NCBI GenBank assembly: GCA_963643165.1 | Contig: CAVIJD010000003.1 | Coordinates: forward strand, 9,213 to 73,212 | Length of the DNA stretch: 64,000 nucleotides | Source: a bacterium | GTDB lineage: Bacteria > Bacteroidota > Bacteroidia > Bacteroidales > WCHB1-69 | Reading direction: 5' to 3' | In this document: one piece after another, positions 52,778 through 62,134 of the stretch | Layout of the letters: each line of letters starts with the position of its first letter | Position numbering within the stretch: the stretch's first letter is position 1 | Notes under the pieces: model-generated | Seen by the model: only the letters and a program-made list of their open reading frames with translations | What the model was told of the DNA's origin: nothing | Database searches by the model: none | Translations under genes and position numbers: made by a program

Positions 52778-53984
52778 ATTCTTTGATTTTCCGGTAAAGT
52801 GTCCTTTCCGATATGCGCAACTCTTCGGCGGCCAGTTTCCGGTTATGATGGTTTCGTTCAAGTGCCTTGGATATAGCGTTTTTCTCGGTGTTCTCCATTG
52901 AAAGGTCGCCCTCTTCGATGACGATGGTGTTGTCGTAATGGGGCTCGTCGCCGCTCTTTTTCGGCGCAACAGGAGCGTGGGTTATTTCATAGTCCAGTTC
53001 ATTGTCTTCAAGCGGATACTCTTTCAGTTGCGCCGGATTTGCGTGTCCGGCGGTGCCGTTGAGGATCTGGTTTACCGTTGCCTTGAGTTCAGAGATCTCT
53101 CTTTGCAGTTCGCCGATGAACTTGAAAAGTATTTCCCGTTGAAACTGCTCGTTGCTTTCGCTTTCAGGCCGGAGCACGGCAGGCAGGTTTGAGCCCGTAG
53201 GCGACACCAAATAGGGCTTGAGGGTGTCGGCATCAATGGTCCTGTTTTTCTCAATGAGCGAAATCTGTTCGGTCACATGCTTGAGTTGCCGTATGTTGCC
53301 GGGCCACCGGTATTTTTTCAGGGCTTCGATGGCGTCGTCGGTCAGCGTGATGGCGGGGAAGTGGTACTTGGCGGAAAAGTCGCTTGAGAACTTTACGAAA
53401 AGCGGGTAGATGTCGTCCTGGCGTTCGCGCAGGGGCGGCAGGTGTATCGCGACGGAGTTGAGCCGGTAGTAAAGGTCCTCCCGGAACTTGCCTTTGGCAA
53501 TGCGTTCCGCCACGTTCACATTGGTGGCGGCCACTACCCTGACATCCGTTTTCATGACCTTTGAGGAGCCCACGCGTATGTATTCGCCGTTCTCGAGCAC
53601 CCGCAGCAGCCGCACTTGGGTGGACAAAGGCAGGTCGGCCACCTCGTCCAGGAAGATGGTGCCGCCGTCGGCCACCTCAAAATAGCCTTTACGCGCCTCA
53701 ACAGCCCCGGTAAAAGCGCCCTTTTCGTGCCCGAAAAGTTCTGAGTCGATGGTTCCCTCCGGTATCGCACCGCAGTTCACGGCGATGTATTTGCCCTGCC
53801 GGCGCGCACTGTTCTCGTGTATGATTTTGGGGAAGTTCTCTTTCCCGACACCACTTTCGCCCGTAATCAGGACAGAAAGGTCTGTTGCGGCCACTTGCAC
53901 GGCAATGTCTATCGCTCTTTCCAAAGCCGGGTCGAAACCGATAATGCCAAAGCGGCGTTTGATAGCATCAAAATTTGCCCCCAT
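52767..53984 (-). CDS. Sigma-54-dependent transcriptional activator (AAA+ and Fis-type HTH, no receiver domain)
   Basis: The true start is the ATG at 53984 (MGANFDAIKRRFGIIG...). It has Walker A GESGVGKE, GAFTGA, Walker B IFLDEV and a C-terminal HTH LAAEELRISERTLYRKIKEYGL. Confidence 0.85.
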   Translation of the reverse strand: MGANFDAIKRRFGIIGFDPALERAIDIAVQVAATDLSVLITGESGVGKENFPKIIHENSARRQGKYIAVNCGAIPEGTIDSELFGHEKGAFTGAVEARKGYFEVADGGTIFLDEVADLPLSTQVRLLRVLENGEYIRVGSSKVMKTDVRVVAATNVNVAERIAKGKFREDLYYRLNSVAIHLPPLRERQDDIYPLFVKFSSDFSAKYHFPAITLTDDAIEALKKYRWPGNIRQLKHVTEQISLIEKNRTIDADTLKPYLVSPTGSNLPAVLRPESESNEQFQREILFKFIGELQREISELKATVNQILNGTAGHANPAQLKEYPLEDNELDYEITHAPVAPKKSGDEPHYDNTIVIEEGDLSMENTEKNAISKALERNHHNRKLAAEELRISERTLYRKIKEYGL

Positions 53985-54005
53985 AGAAGTTTCGTTAGTC
54001 GGGTG

Positions 54006-54013
54006 CAAAGATA
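54006..54013 (-). promoter_or_regulatory. -7 promoter box (rc TATCTTTG) for the sigma-54 activator operon
   Basis: + strand caaagata, 22 nt upstream of the ATG at 53984. Confidence 0.5.
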
Positions 54014-54058
54014 GCAATTTTGCACGACTGGTGGTTCGCTGCGCAAAAGGAAAAAATG

Positions 54059-55030
54059 TCACTCCCGTTCCTGGTAAGTCTGGAGCAATTCGCGTATTTC
54101 TTCCATTGTTGTGGCCTGCATCAGCCTCATGCGTGTGCTCTTGAAGTCGCGGAGTCCTTTGAAATAGCCGGCGTAAAAGGCGCGCATTTCCAGCACGGCG
54201 CATCGCTCGCCCTTTTCTATGGCCATCATTTCCAGATGGCGCAGGGCCGTTTCCATACGTTCCTGATAGGTCGGGAGTGTCGTTGCCCTGTTCGCCAGTT
54301 TTTCTTTTATCGCCTTGAATATCCAGGGATTGCCTATTGCCGCGCGACCAACCATCACGGCATCTACGCCATATCTGTCGCGACAGAGGAGTGCCTTGTC
54401 GGCCGTGTCGATGTCACCGTTCCCGATGACGGGAATGCTCATTCTGGGGTTGCGTTTCACGGCCTCAATCAGCGACCAGTCAGCTTCGCCGCCGTACATC
54501 TGCGCCCGGGTGCGTCCGTGGATGGCTATCGCTTCAATGCCCACATCTTGCAGTCTTTCGGCAACTTCAACAATGGGCTTGTCGGAACTGTCCCAGCCCA
54601 GCCGGGTCTTTACCGTCACGGGGATGTCCACGGCTTTGACAACTGCTGCCGTCAACGACACCATTTTCGGGACGTCTTTCAGGATGGCGGAGCCCGCGCC
54701 TTTGCTGACCACTTTGCGAACGGGGCACCCCCAGTTGATGTCTATGAAGTCGGGCTTGTCGGCGGCGGCAATCTGAGCGGCGGCGATAAGCGATTCTTCA
54801 TTGTGCCCGAAAATCTGTATTCCGATCGGTCGTTCTGTTTCCGAAAACTGCATTTTCTTCAGACTTTTGTCCACCTCCCGGGAGAGCGCGTCGGATGAGA
54901 TGAACTCGGAAATGAGCACGTCCGCGCCCATTTCCTTGCAGATCAAACGGAAAGACTGGTCTGTCACACCCTCCATGGGTGCGAGATAGACGGGAAACGG
55001 GTATTTTTCAAGAAGTTCCTTTATGTGCAT
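54059..55030 (-). CDS. dusB: tRNA-dihydrouridine synthase
   Basis: 323 aa; LAPMEGVTDQSFRLICKE...IDINWGCP...HGRTRAQMY. Confidence 0.88.
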   Translation of the reverse strand: MHIKELLEKYPFPVYLAPMEGVTDQSFRLICKEMGADVLISEFISSDALSREVDKSLKKMQFSETERPIGIQIFGHNEESLIAAAQIAAADKPDFIDINWGCPVRKVVSKGAGSAILKDVPKMVSLTAAVVKAVDIPVTVKTRLGWDSSDKPIVEVAERLQDVGIEAIAIHGRTRAQMYGGEADWSLIEAVKRNPRMSIPVIGNGDIDTADKALLCRDRYGVDAVMVGRAAIGNPWIFKAIKEKLANRATTLPTYQERMETALRHLEMMAIEKGERCAVLEMRAFYAGYFKGLRDFKSTRMRLMQATTMEEIRELLQTYQERE

Positions 55031-55044
55031 ATCAAAAAAAAGCG

Positions 55045-55067
55045 CAAAGATATTTTTTTTACTTTTG
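55045..55067. promoter_or_regulatory. Back-to-back divergent -7 boxes (dusB and the 55113 gene)
   Basis: caaagata (55045-55052, rc TATCTTTG) serves dusB. TACTTTTG (55060-55067) serves the + strand gene. Confidence 0.5.
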
Positions 55068-55112
55068 CACCCCGCTTCAAAAATTGCGACACGTTTAATA
55101 AATTCTCATATT

Positions 55113-55757
55113 ATGAAAAAATGTATCATTTTACTCTCGATTTTTGTGGCCGCATTGACCGTGTCGGCTCAAGAAGTGAACACATCGATGATTGACTTTA
55201 ACAAAACCCAGGTCTCGGGCTATCTGGTCAACATCCCGGATGCCACCATCGAACTGGCTGACGGCGCATTCCGCAACATGATGGAAAACCGCTACGGACT
55301 GAAGGCCTCCAAAGAGAGCGGCTTCAGAGCCTATCTGAACCAGAATTTCCAGCCGTTTGGAACAGAGAACTTCGACATTTATTACACGGTGACAGAGTTT
55401 GGCAAGAAGAAAAGCAAAACCACGCAGCTTGTGTTGATAGTTTGCACAGGCAACATGAATGCCGTAACGCCGGCCAGCAAGCCGGAGACTGACCAGGCCA
55501 TCAAGACATTTTTGGCCGAATTTGCCCCGAAAGTGCAAGCATATGGGCAACAGTTGAAAGCCGAGCAGTTAAAAGAGCAGATTGCCAAACTCGAGGCTTC
55601 CAAGAGTTCTGTCGAGAAAGAAGAGGAAAAGGCTACCAAACAGATTGAAAAATTGAACCAGAGCCTTGGGGAGATGGCCAAGAAAAAAGCAGATTACGAA
55701 AATCAGATTTCAAAACTGCAGTCTGAATTGAAAGAGATTGAGAGCAAGTTGCCGTAA
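55113..55757 (+). CDS. Hypothetical secreted protein with C-terminal coiled coil
   Basis: The start is at MKKCIILLSIFVAALTVSAQ. The C-terminal 70 aa are a heptad-like, K/E/Q-rich coiled coil. Confidence 0.6.
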   Translation: MKKCIILLSIFVAALTVSAQEVNTSMIDFNKTQVSGYLVNIPDATIELADGAFRNMMENRYGLKASKESGFRAYLNQNFQPFGTENFDIYYTVTEFGKKKSKTTQLVLIVCTGNMNAVTPASKPETDQAIKTFLAEFAPKVQAYGQQLKAEQLKEQIAKLEASKSSVEKEEEKATKQIEKLNQSLGEMAKKKADYENQISKLQSELKEIESKLP

Positions 55758-55778
55758 AGTAAAACGGTTGAGCTAAGG

Positions 55779-55824
55779 CAAAAAGAGAAGAGCGCGACCC
55801 ATGGGTCGCGCTCTTCTCTTTTTG
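55779..55824. terminator. Perfect palindromic bidirectional terminator
   Basis: AAAAAGAGAAGAGCGCGACCCA(55779-55800) pairs with TGGGTCGCGCTCTTCTCTTTTT(55801-55822). It lies between convergent genes. Confidence 0.8.
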
Positions 55825-55838
55825 TGTCAAGCAGCCGT

Positions 55839-56831
55839 TCATGGCTGTTCTGCCGTCTCTTTTTCGGAAAGGCTTTTCAGTTCGCCTTTGAGTTTGTGTA
55901 CGTCTTCGTAAAGGGTGGCCAGATTCTTGACATAGATCATCTCTTTCCATTTCTTCTGCGCATCTACGGCTGGGATGCCGAACAATGTCGTGCCCTCTTC
56001 AGTCACATTCTTGTCGATGGCGGAGAGCGCAAGGAGCGTCGTGTTCTTGGCCACATAAAGGTCCTTGTTCACGCTTGACTTGGCCCAAATCTTGCAGTCG
56101 TCGTCGATAAAGGTGCAGCCCGCAATGCCGCTTTGTGCGCCCAGCAGGACGCGCTCGCCGATGTGCGTGTCGTGACCGATCTGCACCAGATTGTCGAATT
56201 TTGTACCCTTGCCGATGTGCGTGACTCCGGAGACGCCTCTGTCGATGCAGCAGTTGCAGCCCACTTCAACATCGTCGCCGATGTAGGTGCTGCCGCAAGA
56301 CTCCAGTTTTGTCCAATCGTGTCTTTTCTGAAAATAGCAGGCATCGCCTCCGATAGTGCTGTTAGAGTGGATGATAACCCTGTCGCCGATGACCGTGTCG
56401 GCATAAATGCTGACGTTGGAGTGTATGACGCAATTCCTCCCTATGCGCACATTCTCACCGATGAACACCAGTGGTTGGATGACCGTGCCTTCGCCTATCA
56501 CCGCGGTGGGGTGAATGTTGGTGTTTTGAGGGTGAAAAGCCGTAAAATGCTTCACCACGGAAAGATAATCACGCAATGGGTCGTCGCTTACCAACAGTGT
56601 CTTTCCATCGGGGCAATCCATATCTTTTTTGTCCGTCAAGACGACAGAGGCCTTGCTTTGCAGCACACGGTTATAGTATTTTTCGTTATCGACGAACGTG
56701 ATGTCCCCCTCCTCCACCGAGTGGAGCTCGTTGATGCCTGTCACGTTACCGCTATAGGAACCGATAACTTCGACGGGGCAACCGATAATCCGGACTATTT
56801 CGTCTAACGAAAGCGGTTTCGGGAATCTCAT
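55839..56831 (-). CDS. lpxD: UDP-3-O-acylglucosamine N-acyltransferase
   Basis: 330 aa. It has an N-terminal LpxD domain followed by left-handed beta-helix hexapeptide repeats (IGDRVIIHSNSTIG, IGDDVEVGCNCCID, IGERVLLGAQSGIAG). Confidence 0.88.
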   Translation of the reverse strand: MRFPKPLSLDEIVRIIGCPVEVIGSYSGNVTGINELHSVEEGDITFVDNEKYYNRVLQSKASVVLTDKKDMDCPDGKTLLVSDDPLRDYLSVVKHFTAFHPQNTNIHPTAVIGEGTVIQPLVFIGENVRIGRNCVIHSNVSIYADTVIGDRVIIHSNSTIGGDACYFQKRHDWTKLESCGSTYIGDDVEVGCNCCIDRGVSGVTHIGKGTKFDNLVQIGHDTHIGERVLLGAQSGIAGCTFIDDDCKIWAKSSVNKDLYVAKNTTLLALSAIDKNVTEEGTTLFGIPAVDAQKKWKEMIYVKNLATLYEDVHKLKGELKSLSEKETAEQP

Positions 56832-56834
56832 CGA

Positions 56835-57404
56835 TTATTCTTTAACCCGTTCGGAGTATTTGTTGTTTCTTGTGTCAACCTTGATTTTGTCGCCGGTGTT
56901 TATGAAAAGCGGCACATAGACTTCGGCTCCGGTTTCCACCACGGCGCGTTTCAGCGAGTTGGTGGCGGTGTTGCCCTTGATGCCGGGGTCGGACTCGACC
57001 ACTTCCAGGTCAACGAACGGCGGAAGTTCGCAGGTCAGCGGCGTGTCGGTGTCGGTATGGTACATCACCTCGACGGTCTGGCCCTCTTTGAGCAGGTCGG
57101 GGTTGTTGATCAGGTCTTTCTCGATGGTCAACGGCTCGTAAGTTTCAGCGTGCATGAAATTGTAGGTGGTAGGGCCTTCTTTATAAGAAAAGATGTAAGG
57201 ACGGCGTTCCACGCGCGCAAGGTCAATCTTCACGCCTGCGGTGAACGTGTATTCAAGAACTCTGCCGTTGCGGAGATTTTTCAGTTTCGTGCGCACGAAA
57301 GCGGGACCTTTGCCCGGTTTCACATGCTGGAATTCAACGATTGTCCACAGATCATTGTTATATTCAATGCATAATCCGTTTTTAAAATCAGCTGTCGTTG
57401 CCAT
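56835..57404 (-). CDS. efp: Elongation factor P
   Basis: 189 aa; MATTADFKNGLCIEYNNDLWTIVEFQHVKPGKGPAFVRTKLKNL. Confidence 0.95.
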   Translation of the reverse strand: MATTADFKNGLCIEYNNDLWTIVEFQHVKPGKGPAFVRTKLKNLRNGRVLEYTFTAGVKIDLARVERRPYIFSYKEGPTTYNFMHAETYEPLTIEKDLINNPDLLKEGQTVEVMYHTDTDTPLTCELPPFVDLEVVESDPGIKGNTATNSLKRAVVETGAEVYVPLFINTGDKIKVDTRNNKYSERVKE

Positions 57405-57440
57405 AATTATCTAAAATTTTATGAATAAAAAAACCGGCGG

Positions 57441-57448
57441 CAAAAGTA
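57441..57448 (-). promoter_or_regulatory. -7 promoter box (rc TACTTTTG) for efp
   Basis: + strand caaaagta, 37 nt upstream of the ATG at 57404. Confidence 0.5.
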
Positions 57449-57518
57449 CATTTTTTTTCTGTCAGAATGCACCCTCCGATGGCAAGTTGCTGGATGTTTG
57501 TTAGTAAGTAACTTGAAA

Positions 57519-58103
57519 TCAGTCTATTACAATTTTGTTTTTGGAGATGATTTTTCGCAGGTTGATGAGGGCGTAGCGCATGCGTCCCAAGGCAGTATTG
57601 ATGCTGACGCCGGTGATTTCGGAAATCTCCTTGAAACTGTATTCTTGATAGATGCGCATGACCAGCACCTCTTTCTGTTCGGCGGGCAGATAGTCGATGA
57701 TGCGGCGCAAGTCGCTATAAACCTGTTCCTTTATGATTTTCTGCTCAACGGAGTCTTCTTGGGTGCTCAGAACGTCAAAGATGTCGAACTCGCTGCCGTT
57801 CTCGAACACGGGCATCCGCTGCAACCGTCTGTAATAGTCGATTTTAAGGTTGTTGGCGATGCGCATGACCCATTGGAAAAACTTTCCCTCTTCATGGTAG
57901 TTGCCGGAACGGATGGTGTTGATGACCTTGATGAACGTGTCTTGGAAAATGTCCTCGGCCAACTCTTTGTTCTTGACGGAAATCAGAATGTAGGAGAAGA
58001 GGCGCTTCTCGTAACGCATCACCAGCATTTTCAATGCCGACTCGTCACCAGCCTGATAACGTGCTATCAATTCATTGTCAGTCAACTTCATGACACCATT
58101 CAT
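57519..58103 (-). CDS. ECF-type sigma-70 family RNA polymerase sigma factor
   Basis: 194 aa. It has region 2 (DIFQDTFIKV...FFQWVMRIANNLKIDYYR) and region 4 (EVLVMRIYQEYSFKEISEITGVSINTALGRMRYA). No adjacent anti-sigma gene is visible. Confidence 0.85.
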   Translation of the reverse strand: MNGVMKLTDNELIARYQAGDESALKMLVMRYEKRLFSYILISVKNKELAEDIFQDTFIKVINTIRSGNYHEEGKFFQWVMRIANNLKIDYYRRLQRMPVFENGSEFDIFDVLSTQEDSVEQKIIKEQVYSDLRRIIDYLPAEQKEVLVMRIYQEYSFKEISEITGVSINTALGRMRYALINLRKIISKNKIVID

Positions 58104-58219
58104 AATGGTACTCCTTTCTTTTGTAGGTTTATACTATATTTCTTAAGAAAGTAGATTTTAATCGATAGCCGGTCTCCTTATGCTTTATTGTGTTGTTGAT
58201 GTTTAAGAATAACAGGCGC

Positions 58220-58227
58220 AAAAATAC
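58220..58227 (-). promoter_or_regulatory. -7 promoter box (rc TATTTTTG) upstream of the sigma factor gene
   Basis: + strand caaaaata, 117 nt upstream of the ATG at 58103. Confidence 0.4.
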
Positions 58228-58383
58228 AACATTTTTAATGATTCCGCAAATTTATAACAAAAAAATGTCGAAAAACAAATAATATACATTGTAGTGATTT
58301 GATTTTCAGGGTGTTTTAAATAATAACAAAACATCGTGCAAATAAATTTGGCACTTTAGATTTGAATGTCGGGGTAAAATATG

Positions 58384-58391
58384 TATTTTTG
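58384..58391 (+). promoter_or_regulatory. -7 promoter box TATTTTTG for the ZapB-like/zapA operon
   Basis: Exact TAnnTTTG, 23 nt upstream of the ATG at 58414. This argues against the ORF-track start at 58381. Confidence 0.5.
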
Positions 58392-58413
58392 CACGTCTTT
58401 ATGTACGGCAAGT

Positions 58414-58701
58414 ATGGCATCGTTTGAGAGCTTATACAACAAGATAGAATACAATGTGAAAGAGGCGCTTGCAAAGGATGCCGAGTTGAGACGTCAAAAC
58501 GCGGACTTGCGTCGCCAGAATGAGAATCTGCGGGCGGAGTGCGAAGAGTTGGAGAAACGGCTGTCGGACATGGAGAGCAAAATGAAAATATTAACGATAA
58601 CGAATACAATATTAAGCAAAGAAGATAAACAAAAGACGAAGAAACAGATAAACGATTGGGTACGGGAGATAGACCGATGTGTGGCAATGCTCTCTAAATA
58701 G
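58414..58701 (+). CDS. Small coiled-coil protein (ZapB-like, hypothetical)
   Basis: 95 aa from MASFESLYNKIE. It has leucine-zipper-like repeats (AELRRQNADLRRQNENLRAECEELEKRL). It lies directly upstream of zapA. Confidence 0.55.
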   Translation: MASFESLYNKIEYNVKEALAKDAELRRQNADLRRQNENLRAECEELEKRLSDMESKMKILTITNTILSKEDKQKTKKQINDWVREIDRCVAMLSK

Positions 58702-58709
58702 AACAGAAA

Positions 58710-59006
58710 ATGGAAGGAGATAGGATTTCGATCACAATACAGGTGGCGCAACGACCGATGACGATTGCAATCGAAAAGGAGTGGGAACACTATTTCAGAG
58801 AGGCCGAGAAGATAATCAATGACAGTTTTCTGGAGTTTGCAAAGAGATGGAAATATACAGATCATCAGGATTTATTATCCAAAATATTAGTTGATTTTGT
58901 CGTGAAATGGCTGGCAGACGAAGAAAGACTGAGAAGTTACGATGAGGAGATTGTTCCGATGATGGAATCCCTAAAGGATCTTACAGATAAATTTGAAATT
59001 GATTAA
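58710..59006 (+). CDS. zapA: Cell division protein ZapA
   Basis: 98 aa. ISITIQVAQRPMTIAIEKEWEHYFREAEKIIND has the ZapA-like N-terminal fold pattern, and the position upstream of rny is typical in Bacteroidetes. Confidence 0.65.
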   Translation: MEGDRISITIQVAQRPMTIAIEKEWEHYFREAEKIINDSFLEFAKRWKYTDHQDLLSKILVDFVVKWLADEERLRSYDEEIVPMMESLKDLTDKFEID

Positions 59007-59025
59007 AACGTTCTTTGACAAGACA

Positions 59026-59216
59026 TCCCGCATAAGTCCAGATACGTTTGTTAAACTCAACACATTTTTCAAACGAAGGGGACGCTTACTCGATTAAGAG
59101 CAGGCCTGAATCTTAACGGATGGTGCATAACCCGTGGACGTTCGCGATTGAGTGGCACCTTCAATCATATCAGTCAGGAGTTTTTCGAAACCCTACAGGA
59201 CTTATGCGGTTTTTTT
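59026..59216 (+). ncRNA. ssrS: Candidate 6S-like structured RNA (about 190 nt)
   Basis: A 12-bp closing stem CCGCATAAGTCC(59028-59039)/GGACTTATGCGG(59198-59209) is followed by T7. Nested helices are AAACTC(59053-58)/GAGTTT(59178-83), GAAGG(59075-79)/CCTTC(59158-62) and ACTCGAT(59088-94)/ATTGAGT(59147-53). It has no coding potential and lies downstream of zapA. Confidence 0.5.
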
Positions 59217-59299
59217 CTTTCTCACCCGCCCCAAAGCACTAAAAGACAGACAGAACCAATTTAATTAATTACAAACTATCAAAAATACATCAACAGACA

Positions 59300-60844
59300 A
59301 TGACTAACATACTTTGGGTGATTATAAGCGCGCTGGCCGGTATCGGTATCGGTCTTGTTTTAGCTTACACATTGCTGAAAAACCAGTTCACGAAGTCAGG
59401 ACGCGAGGTCCTGAAGAAGGCCGAAGAAGACGGCGAACTGCTCAAGAAGGAGAAGATCCTGCAGGCAAAAGAGAAGTTCCTGCACCTTAAGAGCGAATAT
59501 GAGAAGACTGTCAATGAGAAGCAGCAGCAGATTGCCTCCGCGGAGAACAGGATTAAGCAGAAGGAGAACTCCCTGAGCCAAAAGCAGGAGGACCTGAACC
59601 GCAAGAATGCCGAGAATGCTTCGCTGAAAGAGTCTCTTAACAAGCAACTCCAGGCCGCCAACCAGAAACGGAAGGAACTCGAAGAGCAGACTGCCATACA
59701 GAAAGCCAAACTTGAGTCGATAGCCGAGCTGACGTCAGAACAGGCCAAGGCTCAACTCATCGAACTGATGCGCGACGAGGCGAAAGCCGATGCCGTCGTG
59801 ATGATCAAGGATATTGTGGACGAAGCCAAGAACACGGCCAATATGGAAGCCAAGAAGATGGTTGTCAATGCTTTGCAACGCACAGGCGTTGAGGTGGCTT
59901 TGGAAAATACGGTTTCGGTCTTCAATATCGAGAACGACGAGATCAAAGGCCGCATCATCGGACGCGAGGGCCGCAACATCCGCACATTGGAGAACCTCAC
60001 CGGCGTGGACGTCATCATCGACGACTCTCCTGACGCTATCCTCCTGTCGAGTTTCGACCCCGTACGTCGCGAGATCGCTCGCCTCTCCCTCCAGAAACTG
60101 GTCTCAGACGGTCGAATACATCCGGCACGAATCGAAGAGGTGGTGGCCAAGACGAAGAAACAGATTGAACAGGAAATTGCCGAAATCGGAAAGAGAACCT
60201 GTATCGACTTGGGCATCAACAATATGCCGCACGAACTGATGCGAATGGTCGGCAAGATGCGTTACCGTTCTTCCTACGGCCAGAACTTGCTCCAGCACGC
60301 CAAGGAGGTGGCAAACCTCAGCGCTACCATGGCGGCCGAATTGGGACTGAATGCCAAGATGGCCCGCCGTGCCGGTCTGCTGCACGACATTGGCAAAGTG
60401 CCCGACACCGAACCCGAATTGCCGCACGCTCTCTTTGGCGCACGTCTCGCTGAACAATACAAGGAACGCCCCGAAATCGTGAACGCCATCGGAGCCCACC
60501 ATGACGAGATGGAGATGACCACGCTGATTGCGCCGATTGTGCAAGTGTGCGATGCCATATCCGGTGCCCGCCCCGGTGCCCGCAGAGAGGTGGTGGAAGC
60601 CTATATGAAACGTCTCAACGACCTTGAGAACCTCGCGCTCACGTACCCTGGCGTGGTGAAGACTTACGCTATCCAGGCCGGACGCGAACTCCGCGTGATC
60701 GTCGGGGCCGAGAAGGTGTCAGACGCTGAAGTGAACCAGATTTCACTCGACTTGTCAAAGAAGATTCAGAATGAAATGACCTACCCGGGACAAATCAAGA
60801 TTACCGTAATCCGCGAAACCCGCTCCGTCAACTACGCTAGATAA
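59300..60844 (+). CDS. rny: Ribonuclease Y
   Basis: 514 aa. It has an N-terminal TM segment, a coiled coil, a KH domain ([15 protein letters not shown]) and an HD domain (LLHDIGKV...GAHHDE). Confidence 0.95.
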   Translation: MTNILWVIISALAGIGIGLVLAYTLLKNQFTKSGREVLKKAEEDGELLKKEKILQAKEKFLHLKSEYEKTVNEKQQQIASAENRIKQKENSLSQKQEDLNRKNAENASLKESLNKQLQAANQKRKELEEQTAIQKAKLESIAELTSEQAKAQLIELMRDEAKADAVVMIKDIVDEAKNTANMEAKKMVVNALQRTGVEVALENTVSVFNIENDEIKGRIIGREGRNIRTLENLTGVDVIIDDSPDAILLSSFDPVRREIARLSLQKLVSDGRIHPARIEEVVAKTKKQIEQEIAEIGKRTCIDLGINNMPHELMRMVGKMRYRSSYGQNLLQHAKEVANLSATMAAELGLNAKMARRAGLLHDIGKVPDTEPELPHALFGARLAEQYKERPEIVNAIGAHHDEMEMTTLIAPIVQVCDAISGARPGARREVVEAYMKRLNDLENLALTYPGVVKTYAIQAGRELRVIVGAEKVSDAEVNQISLDLSKKIQNEMTYPGQIKITVIRETRSVNYAR

Positions 60845-60855
60845 AACACACCGTT

Positions 60856-61161
60856 ATGGATACGAATGAACCGAAAACCAAAAGAAAAAGACGATTGTTC
60901 ATCCTCTTGTATGGGGTCACTTTCGCTTTGTTCCTTTGTTATACGTTCTTCATTTCGGACCATAACGTCAAAACGCACCACGAACTGAACAAGAAAATCC
61001 AGAATCTGGAAGAGAAAATCGTTTATACGAAAAATCAGGTGGGAAACGTTTACACTTTCGATCAACTTAATGCAGATTCTGTCTTGCTTGAAAAATATGC
61101 ACGGGAGAATCTCAATATGCACAGAAAGAATGAGGATGTCTTCATACTGATACACGAATAG
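60856..61161 (+). CDS. Septum formation initiator (FtsB/DivIC-like) family protein
   Basis: 101 aa with a single TM segment (LFILLYGVTFALFLCYTFFI) followed by a coiled coil (HHELNKKIQNLEEKI). Confidence 0.6.
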   Translation: MDTNEPKTKRKRRLFILLYGVTFALFLCYTFFISDHNVKTHHELNKKIQNLEEKIVYTKNQVGNVYTFDQLNADSVLLEKYARENLNMHRKNEDVFILIHE

Positions 61162-61181
61162 GGAATGAAAGGTTCGGCGAT

Positions 61182-61637
61182 ATGAAAGTGCTTATTTTGA
61201 ACGGCGCAAATCTTGGACAGCTCGGCACCCGGGAGGTGAACATCTATGGACACCTCTCTTTCGAGGAGTATCTGGAGTGTCTGAGGTCTTTGTATCCCGA
61301 TGTCGTTTTCGATTATTTCCAGACGGATTCGGAAGTGGAGTTGACCGGCAGAATAGCCGCCGCCAAGGATTATGAGGGCGTGGTCCTCAATGCCGGAGCT
61401 TACACGCACACGTCGGTGTTGCTGGCAGATGCCGTCCGGACAACCAGTTGCCCCGTGGTTGAGGTACACATCTCGAACCTTTTCGGGCGCGAGCGGTACC
61501 GTCGCGAGTCTGTACTCTCCGGCTGCTGCGTCGGCCTCATCGCCGGCTTCGGCCTCGACAGTTACCGACTCGCTGTCGAAGCCTTGCTGAAAAATCAGTC
61601 GGCCACTAAACCTATCAATGAAACAATAGTCTGCTAA
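61182..61637 (+). CDS. aroQ: Type II 3-dehydroquinate dehydratase
   Basis: 151 aa; ILNGANLGQLGTRE..IYG...LNAGAYTHTSVLLADA...VVEVHISN. Confidence 0.92.
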   Translation: MKVLILNGANLGQLGTREVNIYGHLSFEEYLECLRSLYPDVVFDYFQTDSEVELTGRIAAAKDYEGVVLNAGAYTHTSVLLADAVRTTSCPVVEVHISNLFGRERYRRESVLSGCCVGLIAGFGLDSYRLAVEALLKNQSATKPINETIVC

Positions 61638-61663
61638 ATTCTAAAAACTTAAATTATACTATT

Positions 61664-62122
61664 ATGAAAAAAGCATTCAGTTTATTAGTCATCCTGTCGT
61701 TCCTGTTCGCAGGAAATGCCCAGGAGAATGTCAACGGCAAGACAAAGAAAGAAAAAGTGCCTGAGATTACATTCGAGAAGCTGGTACACGACTATGGCAA
61801 TATTCTGCAAGGCGACAACGGCACCTGCGAATTTGTCTTCAAGAACACGGGAAAAGCAGATTTGCTGCTGACCAATTGCCGTTCAAGTTGCGGCTGCACT
61901 GTCCCCGAATGGCCGAAAGACCCGATCGCACCGGGCAAGAAGGCTGTCATCAAGGTGAAATACAACACGCAGCGCATCGGTGTCATCAACAAGTCCGTCA
62001 CGGTTGAGTCCAATGCCGTGAACAACCGCGTGATCTTGAGCATCAAGGGCAACGTCTCCACCAAGCCGGTTGAGGCAGCTCCGAGCAACGAGACAACGCC
62101 GTTAAAGCAAAACAACCGCTAA
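61664..62122 (+). CDS. DUF1573 domain-containing protein
   Basis: 152 aa with a signal peptide; F.F.NTGKADLLLTNCRSSCGCTVPEWPKDPIAPGKKAVIKVKY. Confidence 0.8.
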   Translation: MKKAFSLLVILSFLFAGNAQENVNGKTKKEKVPEITFEKLVHDYGNILQGDNGTCEFVFKNTGKADLLLTNCRSSCGCTVPEWPKDPIAPGKKAVIKVKYNTQRIGVINKSVTVESNAVNNRVILSIKGNVSTKPVEAAPSNETTPLKQNNR

Positions 62123-62134
62123 ATTTTAATAACG

